The notes under the pieces were generated by a model. It worked only from the letters and a program-made list of their open reading frames with translations. It made no database searches and was not told the origin of the DNA. A stretch of 64,000 bases of DNA from the NCBI GenBank assembly GCA_034226945.1, contig CP120459.1:434001-498000 (forward strand), in the 5' to 3' direction. The position numbers were made by a program, and so were the translations under genes. This document shows positions 21,323 to 31,651 of this stretch, piece by piece; position 1 is the first letter of the stretch; each line of letters opens with the position of its first letter. This DNA comes from Picochlorum sp. SENEW3 (lineage: Eukaryota).

Positions 21323-22537
21323 CTATTCCAATTGTGCTCCAGAATGTACAGAATACCCTTCAGGAATAAACCATTGACTCAAATCAACACCTCTATCCAA
21401 CAATTTAGCCGTGACGGGTTCTGTCTTTTCCAAGATGGCTTCATGTAGGTACCCATTGGACACCAATACAGATCTATCAAACACACTGAATGCTCGCCCA
21501 TCCATGGTCGTCACGGTCGCTCCTGCTTCCTCTGCAATCAATACACCAGCTGCCATATCCCATGGTTTCAGACGATACTCCCAGTATCCATCCGTTATTC
21601 CAGAAGCAACGTGGCACATGTCAATAGCTGCTGAGCCCAACCGTCGAACACCTCGGGTTATATCAGTAAATTCTCTAAACAAGTCAAGATTAGCCAACCA
21701 CGCTTCATCATGTTCATATCCAAATCCAGTCACCAGCAAAGAACTGCCCAATTCATGCGTTTTACTCACGCGAAGACTCTGCCCATTCATGGTTGCACCA
21801 CCATTTCTCTTTGCAGAGTACTCGCGCTGGACCCATGTCCCTGGACCCCCTGCAAACTCAATCACTACTGCCGCGACTGGAAGAGTGTGCCGTAAACACG
21901 CGACACACACGGCAAAACTGGGATAGCCATGCGCAAAATTTGTTGTTCCATCCAGTGGATCCACACACCACAAATACTCAGAGGACACATCCCCAGAGAC
22001 ACCTCCTTCCTCCCCAAGAACAGCATGATCTGGATAATACTTTCGAATTACTTCCAGTACCGCGTTTTCGCTCGCTGTATCCGTCTCCGTCACCAAATCT
22101 GTGGCCCCTTTGAGTGTGATATTTCTTGGCTTCTCCACAGCACTGCTCACGACAGCAGCACCTGCTCTCGCAGCCTCTTCCGCCACCTTTTGTAATTCAT
22201 CGTTCCCCAATCTCGCTCTGGTCTGAACAACCCCACCAATGCGCCCCGTTCCTCTTGCTTTTTCTTTCGTAGACAAGTATTTTCCCTTTGAGAGAAATCC
22301 TCCTCTGGATGGCAATGATGACGGCACTGCCATGGCCAAACTGACAGAATATGATTTTCTACGGGTACTCGAATAGCCAGCATAGCTAGATGATGCTGTA
22401 GAAGTTTTGAACACGGTCGTCGTAGCCATCATCATTGGCACTGTCTTGCGAGCAAACCCAATTCCTGATCCCAACGATCGGCAACGTGTTGTCATACTTG
22501 GTATCAAATTCATATATTGTATACAATACGGGAGCAT
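21323..22537 (-). CDS. IMPL1: Plastid inositol monophosphatase-like 1 (start codon uncertain)
   Basis: DLVTETD, GEEG, WCVDPLDGTTNFAH, RRLGSAA, WDMAAG motifs. Confidence 0.92.
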   Translation of the reverse strand: MLPYCIQYMNLIPSMTTRCRSLGSGIGFARKTVPMMMATTTVFKTSTASSSYAGYSSTRRKSYSVSLAMAVPSSLPSRGGFLSKGKYLSTKEKARGTGRIGGVVQTRARLGNDELQKVAEEAARAGAAVVSSAVEKPRNITLKGATDLVTETDTASENAVLEVIRKYYPDHAVLGEEGGVSGDVSSEYLWCVDPLDGTTNFAHGYPSFAVCVACLRHTLPVAAVVIEFAGGPGTWVQREYSAKRNGGATMNGQSLRVSKTHELGSSLLVTGFGYEHDEAWLANLDLFREFTDITRGVRRLGSAAIDMCHVASGITDGYWEYRLKPWDMAAGVLIAEEAGATVTTMDGRAFSVFDRSVLVSNGYLHEAILEKTEPVTAKLLDRGVDLSQWFIPEGYSVHSGAQLE

Positions 22538-22798
22538 TGTGAATCAGGATGGGGATCAGCAGGTCCTCGCGTGTATTTTTAATTCCGAGTAACGGGAATT
22601 GAGTACATCATCACAAATTGTACTCTACCGGTGTCCTATATGTATATTTATTATGATAAAGAATATCAATGTTGTTGTTGTTGTCGATCGATGAATAGGT
22701 CATGAGGTACTACAGTAGTAGTGCTCCAAAAAAAGCCATGCTGATTGTTGTTGACTGACTATGAACGATAGAACGATGCAAGCTTGTCGTCACACGTC

Positions 22799-24391
22799 AT
22801 GAAAGGAAAACGAAGGGATGTATCTGTTGAAGAAGCGATTGCGCTGGTGGGGGGATTCGGCGTGGCGCAACGAGTGCAACTTCTCTTGTGTGGCCTCTCA
22901 TGGGCTATTGGTTCTCTGCAGACGTTGACCGTCATCTTTGGATCAATTGGTCATCTCAGGGAGACGTATGATCGTATCCAATGTGTATCATTGGGGGATG
23001 ATGATATGCCGGAACGCGAGACGTGCGAGCGAGCGCTGGAAAAGCATAATGTGTGTTTGCTGCCGCGGTCACATTGGGCATATGGAGACTCTGGTCAGAC
23101 CCTCGTGAGCGATTTCGATCTGCTGTGTGGAAAGCAATGGTTGGCGTATTTCTCTATTATGATGTACTTTGTCGGGTATGTCGCGGGATGCTTTGCGTGG
23201 ATGGTACTTGCTGATAGGAACCAGCGGCGCTTGTGTCTAAACTTGGGCAGAATTGCCATGGGGATGTTCAACATCTTGTGCGCCACAGCGCCAGTTTTGT
23301 GGCTGTTGCTTGTTTTTCGATTCTTTTTAGGGATGTCCTTGGCTGTGATGATGATTTCCGCGTTTGTTCTCAGTTATGATGTGATGGGGCAGTCGTGGAA
23401 GCCTTATACTGCTCTGGGGCTTCAAGCAGGCATGGCAGGTGGTCTGTTGGTGGGAGCCATGTTGACATGGATACTGCCTCAGTGGAGGTGGCTGTCTTTT
23501 ATAGCTGGCGTTGTGTCTATAGTATTGACAGTGATGACGTGGAGGTTAATGATTGAAAGTCCACAGTGGTTATTGGAGCAGGGTCGAAAAGGCGAAGCCA
23601 TGTTTGCGATTGCTCACATGGCGCTGTGCAACCACAGCAAACCTCCTGCGGATGCGCCCTTGGCTGATCCAACGTTAGTATTATCGAATCCCCACAGGGG
23701 TGTTATAGATATCATAAAGAATGCACGACTGCGTCATAGGATCGTGTTGTTAGGGTTCACCTGGGTAGCAACCATGGTGACATATGTGTCCATCATCATG
23801 ATGTTTGATGCCATTCCTGGTGATACGGGAACGACATCCTCCGGCATGGAGCTCGCCTTCACTGGGTTTACCTATGAAATACCTGGAATTGCAATAGCAG
23901 GTTTACTTGCGGAAAGACTGGGTAGAAAGTACGCTGCCCTTGCTGCTCTGGTTGAGTGCGGATGCTGCCTGCTTGGGTCTAGCATCCTGGGCAGGATGGT
24001 CCATGTGCAGCATGCGCTCATCGTTGCATCCCGATTCGGCATCGCTGCAGCCGTGTCATCTATACTGATATTATCATGGGAACTTTTCCCGACGATTGTG
24101 GTGTATCAGGGCATTGGGCTGCTGCATATTGTTGCTTCCTTCACTGTGTGCAGCACCCCATGGTTGGCGTTGGCAGCATTCAATCTAAAGTCTGCACTCG
24201 TACCACTCAGTATATGTGGATCGCTCTGTCTCGGTGCTGCTATTGTCGTCACATTGCTTCCAGAAACCAAAGATATGCCGATACTGGCGACAATTCAGGA
24301 TATGGGTCGAGTGCCTGCCGTTGGAATGGCTGCAACGACCAGCCATCATCATTCGGCACGGGTGGTTCCAATAGTCGTTGCCCATGAATGA
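22799..24391 (+). CDS. MFS organic cation/carnitine transporter (SLC22-like)
   Basis: LVSDFDLLC, ESPQWL, ELFPT, LPETK motifs; multiple TM segments. Confidence 0.88.
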   Translation: MKGKRRDVSVEEAIALVGGFGVAQRVQLLLCGLSWAIGSLQTLTVIFGSIGHLRETYDRIQCVSLGDDDMPERETCERALEKHNVCLLPRSHWAYGDSGQTLVSDFDLLCGKQWLAYFSIMMYFVGYVAGCFAWMVLADRNQRRLCLNLGRIAMGMFNILCATAPVLWLLLVFRFFLGMSLAVMMISAFVLSYDVMGQSWKPYTALGLQAGMAGGLLVGAMLTWILPQWRWLSFIAGVVSIVLTVMTWRLMIESPQWLLEQGRKGEAMFAIAHMALCNHSKPPADAPLADPTLVLSNPHRGVIDIIKNARLRHRIVLLGFTWVATMVTYVSIIMMFDAIPGDTGTTSSGMELAFTGFTYEIPGIAIAGLLAERLGRKYAALAALVECGCCLLGSSILGRMVHVQHALIVASRFGIAAAVSSILILSWELFPTIVVYQGIGLLHIVASFTVCSTPWLALAAFNLKSALVPLSICGSLCLGAAIVVTLLPETKDMPILATIQDMGRVPAVGMAATTSHHHSARVVPIVVAHE

Positions 24392-24513
24392 GAGTCGTTA
24401 AATTAAATTACCATTAAATTTTACTATTATATTTATTAATGCGTCAAACAATTGGATTGGATCTCGTCCGTGTGAGCCAATTTTGACATGCCTGCGAAAG
24501 AAGAAGAAGAAGC

Positions 24514-25362
24514 ATGGAAACAACAGCGGGCTCTGGGGATGATATTCCATTGGGAGAAGAACTAGATGATGGGTTTGATGAAGATGATGGGAGGGAATTT
24601 GGTATTGTACAGTGTTTGCCTGTGAGTGATGCAGAACCCAACTTGGATTCTGAACAACCTCTGACTGTGGAGGAGTATCTGCGACGGGTCAGGTGGGGTT
24701 TGATCTGCGAGACTTGTATCACACGATGGTTCCTTCTATAGTGTTTATAGGATGTTTGTGCGTATAGGTTTGAGGCGAGGCATTTACCACAAGTGGTTCG
24801 GTGTGATGTGACCCCTACCACTACTGTCCCAGGAGAAGAAGAAGAAGGAGAAGAAGAAGAACAACAAAAAGGGGGTGCAGTACGGAATGAGATTGACCTG
24901 GCAGTGTGTGGTGAAGATCGAAAGCCTAGTGTTATATGGGTTCGTAGATTTTTGGGGTACTTTGTCTCGATGAGACGTGTATTGCGTGAGTATGGGGATG
25001 CAGCATCTGTGGACTTGTACGAGTTTGAGCGTCTTGGTCCCTGTGGCCAAGTTGCGCTGCAAGGGTTGCTAGAGAGGGAGGTGGATGCTTTAGAAAGAAT
25101 GAATGATGTTGGTGTGGGTGCATGTGAAGTAACGTTCAAGAGGTTGTATACAATTCTGGCATTGGTTTATGTGCCATGTCATTCAGACACGTTGGCATGT
25201 ATTCGGAAGCTTACAAGGTTGTGCACGACTGCGCGGGCGCAGGATCCTCGGCCGAATGACGACGAATTGTCATTGCTGAATCTTGTCATCGTGATATGTG
25301 GGGGACTGTTTCGCCAGGATGAGGAGTTGGCACGGGTATGGGATGAAGAGCTCAACTTGTAA
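24514..25362 (+). CDS. GEMIN2: Gemin2 / SMN-interacting protein 1; intron 24693-24767
   Basis: Spliced PLTVEEYLRRVRFEARHLPQVV; C-terminal LNLVIVICGGLFRQ. Confidence 0.85.
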
Positions 25363-25510
25363 GTCATTGGAGCAACAAAAAACAGTCAGCGTGTCGGTGC
25401 GATGGCCCGACAGAGCTTTTATATTTTACCGACACGTGCCTATTATACGTATATATTCTGTACAATAATATTTACATGTGCAATACTGGTTTTCGTATAG
25501 ACGAGGAACC

Positions 25511-26593
25511 ATGATGAAAGGTGCAAACAGACTTGTGCTCCTTCTCCTCAGTGTGAGTGTCCACAGCATGCTGTGGTCTGGAGCCATATGCGCTACGACA
25601 GATCCCCTAGATGTATTTGACGCCATTGGAGACGATTTGTCGCTCATCACGCAGAATGTCGTGTCGGGAGTACAGGAGAAGAGGGAAAACATGGTGAACA
25701 CCTTGGAGGAAACACGAAACAGATTTAGAGATGCTGCTGGAAATGTGTATGATGTGATCACGGATGCCTCTGGTGCAGCAACGAATTTTGTTAGAGATAA
25801 AGCGGGAACAATATATGATGTGACACAGATGGCAGGAGAGTTTTTGTACGATTCTGTTAGGGACTATCCTGGACAGCTGAGAGATAGTGCTATGGACCTA
25901 TATAATGAATTTCGGGAGACTGCCGTCGATACAGCAGACGCCATGAGAACGATTGGTGATGCAGCGCGTGATGCTATTCCGCGGCTTCCAGACGTGACTG
26001 AAATGCACAAGCCAATGGCATGGGCTCGTACATTTGCCCTCAACAATTTGTATCTTGAAGATTTCACAGGGACCGTGGAAGACCAGATTACATCCCTCGA
26101 AGAAGGTATTGCTGCAAAGTATTGCAAGGAGAACAAGTACAGGCCTTCTTCAAAAGTCAATGGGGAATTGGTGTTCCCTGGGGGATTCAGGCTGGAGCTG
26201 GCCACGAAAAAGTGCGAGGTGCACAGTCATGAGGACCCCAACAAAAAAATCAAGGTCAAATGCCACCACCCGAAAATTACGTTTGAGAAATTCAAAGGGG
26301 TATATACGTCAAAGCATCACACTGCACCAGAGTTTACGTCGAAGGAATGCAAGTACACCAAGAGCCATGGAAATCCAGATGAGATTGTTCTCTGGGAATT
26401 TGATGGGCATGGTGACTTTGATGCTGCGTCCACGATGAAGTCCCTCCAGGATTCGCTCGTCGCTGCTTTTGATGGTGAGAATATTGAGTCAGATATCAAT
26501 CAATTTGTAGAAGAGATGCCAGAAATTGAGGATGTAGAGGCGGATTTCTTGGATCTGATTACGTCTGGTCTTCCAGACGTCAAAATGACATGA
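25511..26593 (+). CDS. Secreted protein of unknown function, paralog A of tandem family
   Basis: Signal peptide, DAAGNVYDVITDASGAATNFV motif, Cys domain KYC...C...C...SKHHTAPEFTSKECK...VLWEFDG. Confidence 0.9.
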   Translation: MMKGANRLVLLLLSVSVHSMLWSGAICATTDPLDVFDAIGDDLSLITQNVVSGVQEKRENMVNTLEETRNRFRDAAGNVYDVITDASGAATNFVRDKAGTIYDVTQMAGEFLYDSVRDYPGQLRDSAMDLYNEFRETAVDTADAMRTIGDAARDAIPRLPDVTEMHKPMAWARTFALNNLYLEDFTGTVEDQITSLEEGIAAKYCKENKYRPSSKVNGELVFPGGFRLELATKKCEVHSHEDPNKKIKVKCHHPKITFEKFKGVYTSKHHTAPEFTSKECKYTKSHGNPDEIVLWEFDGHGDFDAASTMKSLQDSLVAAFDGENIESDINQFVEEMPEIEDVEADFLDLITSGLPDVKMT

Positions 26594-26631
26594 TTGTTGG
26601 AGTTGTATACGGATAAAATGTAGGAATTATA

Positions 26632-28071
26632 CAGTAGTCCGAAAAAAGATACCTCTGGTTTTTATTGGTGGTGCCGGTGGTCCAAAATGAAATAACCCAA
26701 ATCACAAAATTCCTTTATTTGCATCAAATCGTAAGTTTCTTAACGAGGTAGACCTAGTAGAAGTCATCCATTAGAATCTTACATCGATTTCAGTGATTTC
26801 GAGTCAATATGGGGCCGTCATTGGGTGTGAGATGCCGTATGGGCCCACCAACCCCCCACCAGTCAAGTGCTTCAATCAGAAATGGGGTCAACTATCATAT
26901 CATAAGCGGCTTCTTCATCAAAGAATTCATCTAGACACAGTCCGAGGTACCATATTCTGAAAACTGTTGAGTGGGTGCCTCAATCTCTTCAACGCTTTCC
27001 TCCATATCTTCAGGATCCAGGTCTGTGCCTTTCTCTTTGGTCTGCTTCTTCTTCCTTCCAGCCTTGGGAATGAATCGTAAATTTCCCCCAATGTCCGATA
27101 TACCACCACTCATACCTTGGTGAAACAATGCTCCTGCGGCATATTTGAGTTTTAGCATCATTTTGGGTGTCTGTGTCCCATGCTGAGTAATAGCCAGAAC
27201 CATCATGAGGCTTGTAATTATCCTCATATACATACTTGCCGGCCTTTGTCCATCCTTTTTCAATTTGTATTTCTGGAATTACCTTGTATGTATTTATGAC
27301 CCCCTCGATCACAACAGCCTTCAATTGATAAGCAGCTGAATTTTCCCTTGAAGTAATGTCCACCTGTGGGTTGGACTCATCTACATCTCTCCTCTTCTTT
27401 TCTAACGACATAATTATTGGATACGAGTTCTCCTTGTGATCGCCTCTTTGCTTGTGCCACATGAACACGTGGAATGAAATGCTCTTTGAACCACTGGACC
27501 ATAATATCATTGGTGGACCACGTGCCTTTGTTTTGCATGAAACAGATCTCATTTCCCTCTTCCTCATCATATAATTCCTGCCAAAACTTCAAATCTTCTA
27601 TACCAGATTTATCTTGCTTTTTTTGTATATTCTTGCGACATGAATCAGATTCACTCCGCCTCAGCTTCGCAGATCCCAGTTGAAAATGTCACCAGAATTT
27701 TGAAAATGCAGCATAGAGAAAATCACCTCGAGAACTATGTATGAGCTATCTAGATAGTGTATCTTGAGTTTTAGACCAGTTAAATCAATAAAAAAATGAT
27801 CAATACAGGGATTTGCCGGTTTATGATGCATCACCACATCTGGTGATGCCTGACTGAACCAGACAGGATGCAATTGTTGAAATGTCATGGAATGTTGATT
27901 TCTGGGGACGGATAGATAGATTGGAGCCTGAAGGTGCTTGTTTCAGAGACTAGAGGGTCTAATTCTCGCTGGTTAGGGAGATGTGGCGCGTTGAGTGATC
28001 ACAAAAATGAAATACCTCCACTTCATGAAGGTGTTCCCGGTGAATTTGGGTTATCTTTTTTCGGACTACTG
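26632..28071 (-). mobile_element. Degenerate Tc1/mariner-pogo type DNA transposon, 1440 bp
   Basis: Perfect 20-bp TIRs CAGTAGTCCGAAAAAAGATA (26632-26651 and 28052-28071), TA target duplication, internal fragment QNKGTWSTNDIMVQWFKEHFIP resembling DDE_1 transposases. Confidence 0.9.
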
Positions 28072-28508
28072 TATTATATTATATATTATTATATATATTG
28101 TAACGAAATAGTCATGGCAAATCTAGAGAATACGTTTGCTCCACCATCACATCCTGAGCTGCTGCCAGTCCGGCCACTTTGCCACTGCAGAATCCGACCT
28201 GGGTCAACCATAGAACCAACAAATATCCTTGGATCAATGAACGAATATCAGTGACACCTGTCAATCGCCATGCTGGATCGGTGACTAGTGTACGTGGGGT
28301 TGCCTCGATGCAATCGGTGGCGTGTTGACAGCCCGACGTTGGACCTCCGACAAGGAGGATTCACCAAAATGCATAAATGCCTTGGCATCATCCCGTTGCA
28401 AACATAAGTATTTCACTATTATACTATATACTCTACGTGGTGATCTATCTAAAACCGCTCTATCTATCTACTTATCTATCACTGTAGCTACAAGCAATAC
28501 TTACAAGA

Positions 28509-29558
28509 ATGGGAAAAACAACCAGAGCCATCGTTGCAGTTGCTCTTCTTGGAGCAGCTGGTGCTAATGCCGCCAACCTCCAAGGAGGTAAGGCCACCCA
28601 GGAGGCTGTGCAGGGACTTGGTACCGTCGCACAGGGAGCCATGCAGGTGGGACAGGCTGCCATCACCGGAGCAAAGGAGAAGGCTGACAAGTTTGTTGAC
28701 ACTGCTGGGAATGTGTACACAGTGTTGAGGGATGCCACTGGTGCCGCCACCAACTTTGTGATGGACACCGCTGGTGTCATCTTCGATGTCACCAAGATGA
28801 CTGGATCTTTCATCATCGATGCCGCCTTGGGATACCCACAGGAGTTGATTGACTCCATGAAGGAGGGTCGCCAGGACTTGCAGGCCGCCTTGGCCAAAGG
28901 AATGGATGGTGCTCAGGCTTTGGGACAGTTCGCCATGCAGGCCCGCCCAGAGCTTCCACCATTGAAGCAGATGCACAAGCCATCTGCCTGGATGGACGCT
29001 GCTGGACAGAGCTACATGAACTTTGGAAACGCCTTCAACCAGTTGGAGTTTGGTCTTGAGGAGTCTGTGTCAGAGTTCGAGGACAAGTACTGCACCCCAG
29101 CCACCTTCACTCCATCTGAGAAAAAGCCAGCCGAGATCACCATGCCTGGATTCAGATTGGAGATCGGACTGGGAGGATGCGCAGTGGACGACAGCGACCA
29201 CAAGGAGAAGGAGCTGTTGTGCACAAAGCCATACATCGAGTACAGACACATTCCAGGAGGCTTTGTGTCCAAGCGTCACACCGCTCCATCCTTCAAGACC
29301 AAGGAATGCAAGATCGAAAAGACACATGGACAGTACGAAGAGCTTGTTCTGTTTGAATTCTCTGGACACACTCCAGACTTGAAGGACATGGCCGAGACCA
29401 TCAGCCAACAGGTGGGTAACGCCGTCGGTGCTCTCGCCAACGGCGCCACAAACCTCGCTGGAGATGTCACCAACTTTGTTGGAAACATGAAGAACGAGAA
29501 GCAGTCTCTCCAGGAGCTGGTCAAGGCATATGACGGCCTTCCACAGCCATCCATCTAA
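28509..29558 (+). CDS. Secreted protein of unknown function, paralog B
   Basis: Signal peptide MGKTTRAIVAVALLGAAGANA; family motifs; strong C/T-ending codon bias like the ribosomal protein genes. Confidence 0.92.
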   Translation: MGKTTRAIVAVALLGAAGANAANLQGGKATQEAVQGLGTVAQGAMQVGQAAITGAKEKADKFVDTAGNVYTVLRDATGAATNFVMDTAGVIFDVTKMTGSFIIDAALGYPQELIDSMKEGRQDLQAALAKGMDGAQALGQFAMQARPELPPLKQMHKPSAWMDAAGQSYMNFGNAFNQLEFGLEESVSEFEDKYCTPATFTPSEKKPAEITMPGFRLEIGLGGCAVDDSDHKEKELLCTKPYIEYRHIPGGFVSKRHTAPSFKTKECKIEKTHGQYEELVLFEFSGHTPDLKDMAETISQQVGNAVGALANGATNLAGDVTNFVGNMKNEKQSLQELVKAYDGLPQPSI

Positions 29559-29618
29559 GCATCCAACGACTTTTTGATGGGAGATAGCTTCCCAACTTCG
29601 ATTTGATTTGATTTGATT
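28533..29618 (+). repeat. Direct duplication, copy 1 (copy 2 about 31676-32761, offset 3143)
   Basis: Near-identical CDS plus about 60 nt of 3' UTR ending in (GATTT)n. Confidence 0.95.
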
Positions 29619-29741
29619 ACCGCGTAGCTATGTAACGCAAACCATACACTATAAATACAATTGATTTGATACTGATAGTAGATCCAGCTTACATAGAATG
29701 TAAAAGCTGGATGCACACACAGAGCAGGCTCATGTTCTGTA

Positions 29742-30500
29742 TCAGTCTGCTGTCAAATCAATCTCCTCAGTTATATATACAATCTCTACATCATTCTCAC
29801 TAGACAGATCAAGCTGATCTACAGTAGAAGACTTCTTATTATTATTTCTATCATCATCATCATCATTGCGTTTGCTCTTCTTATGCTGCATCTCTGGTTT
29901 GAGCAACTCTGTTGCCTTCCTCTTTGTTGGTGATGCCGCAGTCTCTTCTTCTTCTTTCGGTGGCACTAGCAAGTAGGGAAAGAGAGAGCAAAACTCTTTA
30001 TCCTTCTTATTAAATTCCATGCTTTGAGCAGCCATCCGACGAATATCTCGCTCCCTAGTCCCCTGTAATACTCCAATGGCACCCTTTTCATGGCAGTAGA
30101 AGAATGACTGGAACCCTAGGAGAAGGGTGGATATGTTCCACAGTGGACTCCATGATTCTGGATGATAGGATGTTATAGACAGACAGATTTTCTCATTTGG
30201 GATGAATCGTCCATTAGGAGTACGCATACGGATGCTCGTTGGTGGTGAGAATGGATAGTCTTCTGGAAATGAAATGGTCCCATGATACACCCCACCAGTA
30301 AACACAGAGTCCTTGTCTCCAACAATGACATAGTGCCACTCGCGGAGTGATGAGGCACTTGGTTCAGCATGTATCCCAGGTAAAGGATTCTGCATCATGG
30401 ACATAGTGTAAGAATCAAATCAATCAGTCACAAAATAGTTTCATCGACTGACCTCGTGGAGTTGTTTCAGTTCCTTTTGAAGCCTTTTGATACATGACAT
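29742..30500 (-). CDS. Ubiquitin-conjugating enzyme, Ubc6/UBE2J-like, lacking the TM tail; exons 30500-30453 and 30389-29742
   Basis: MSCIKRLQKELKQLHE spliced to NPLPGI...EWHYVI...GGVYHG...TPNGRF...KICLSITSYHPESWSPLW. Confidence 0.88.
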
Positions 30501-31651
30501 GACCAACCATAATACCCTTGGAGTTGATTTTACATATATATATATATTGGAATATTCTTACACAATAATACAACAGTCAGGCAGGGATTGATTGATCCGA
30601 AATGCGTTTGATTTCAAACGGGCACCTTGTGTACACCCTGGCATCCCATCAAAATGGGAAAGGATGGGACACTATTGCCATTGATAGGAGATCCCTTGTA
30701 CCGGTCTTCACTGTGAGACCATGCACGTTGGTCATTTTCAGAGTGATGATTTGCATTTTGGATGACCTGATATCATCATCCTCGGACACGGCAGCCTGGC
30801 GACTCGGTTGGATTTTTGCCTTGACTTGGGTCAAGAGGTGGGTGGGCTGGCCCTCCTCGCCTCCCTTGTCCCTGCTAGAATCTATCTACTCGCTCTCAGA
30901 ATGCCATCTTGGTTCTTTCACATGTACAAATGCGTGAAAGAGGGTATGGTTGGCACCCCATGAATGGTGCAGCATCTTCCTTTTGGTCAGCATGTTGTAT
31001 GTAGCCTTCCTGGATACCGCTTCTTGGTACGGCTGCACCAGTATCTCCCTCTCTGCTGGGAGGCAGTGGCCTTTTATCCTCTGTTGTCGTATCCATGAAG
31101 ATCAACATATATTATTCTACTTAAATCTATAATAAGGTCTTAATTAGATATATTAAGTAGGTGATCTTCCTTCCTACTTACACACCACGTCCGAGGACCG
31201 GGGTTCAACTTGGTCCTACTTTTTTATTGTGTTTGTTTACGGACATTCGCCAGAGCACGACCAGAGACCCGACTCTACGGGTCGCATGCCAACGGTCTGG
31301 GGATTTGTCGGACCGAAGGGTTGAGAAAACGAGCAAAGAAGCATGTGGAGTTGTCCTCACAAGGAGGTCGATGACACCCTGTGTTCGATCTTGGTTCTAC
31401 GAACCTTAACCAATTCCGGTCAATCATGGCGTTTGACCGATACTTATTTCCAAGATGTGCCTCGATCCTGTCAACGGTACATTGATGCCCCAACGTTGGG
31501 GCTACGACCATGTCGCTTCCTCATCTGTATATAGGTAGCTTCACAACCGCTTCGCTTGTTAACTATTAATTATCTTAGAATTCTTCTCGTGCCTGTTCGC
31601 ATATTATATACAACCGCTATATATAACCAAGCAATACTTACATCTATAACA

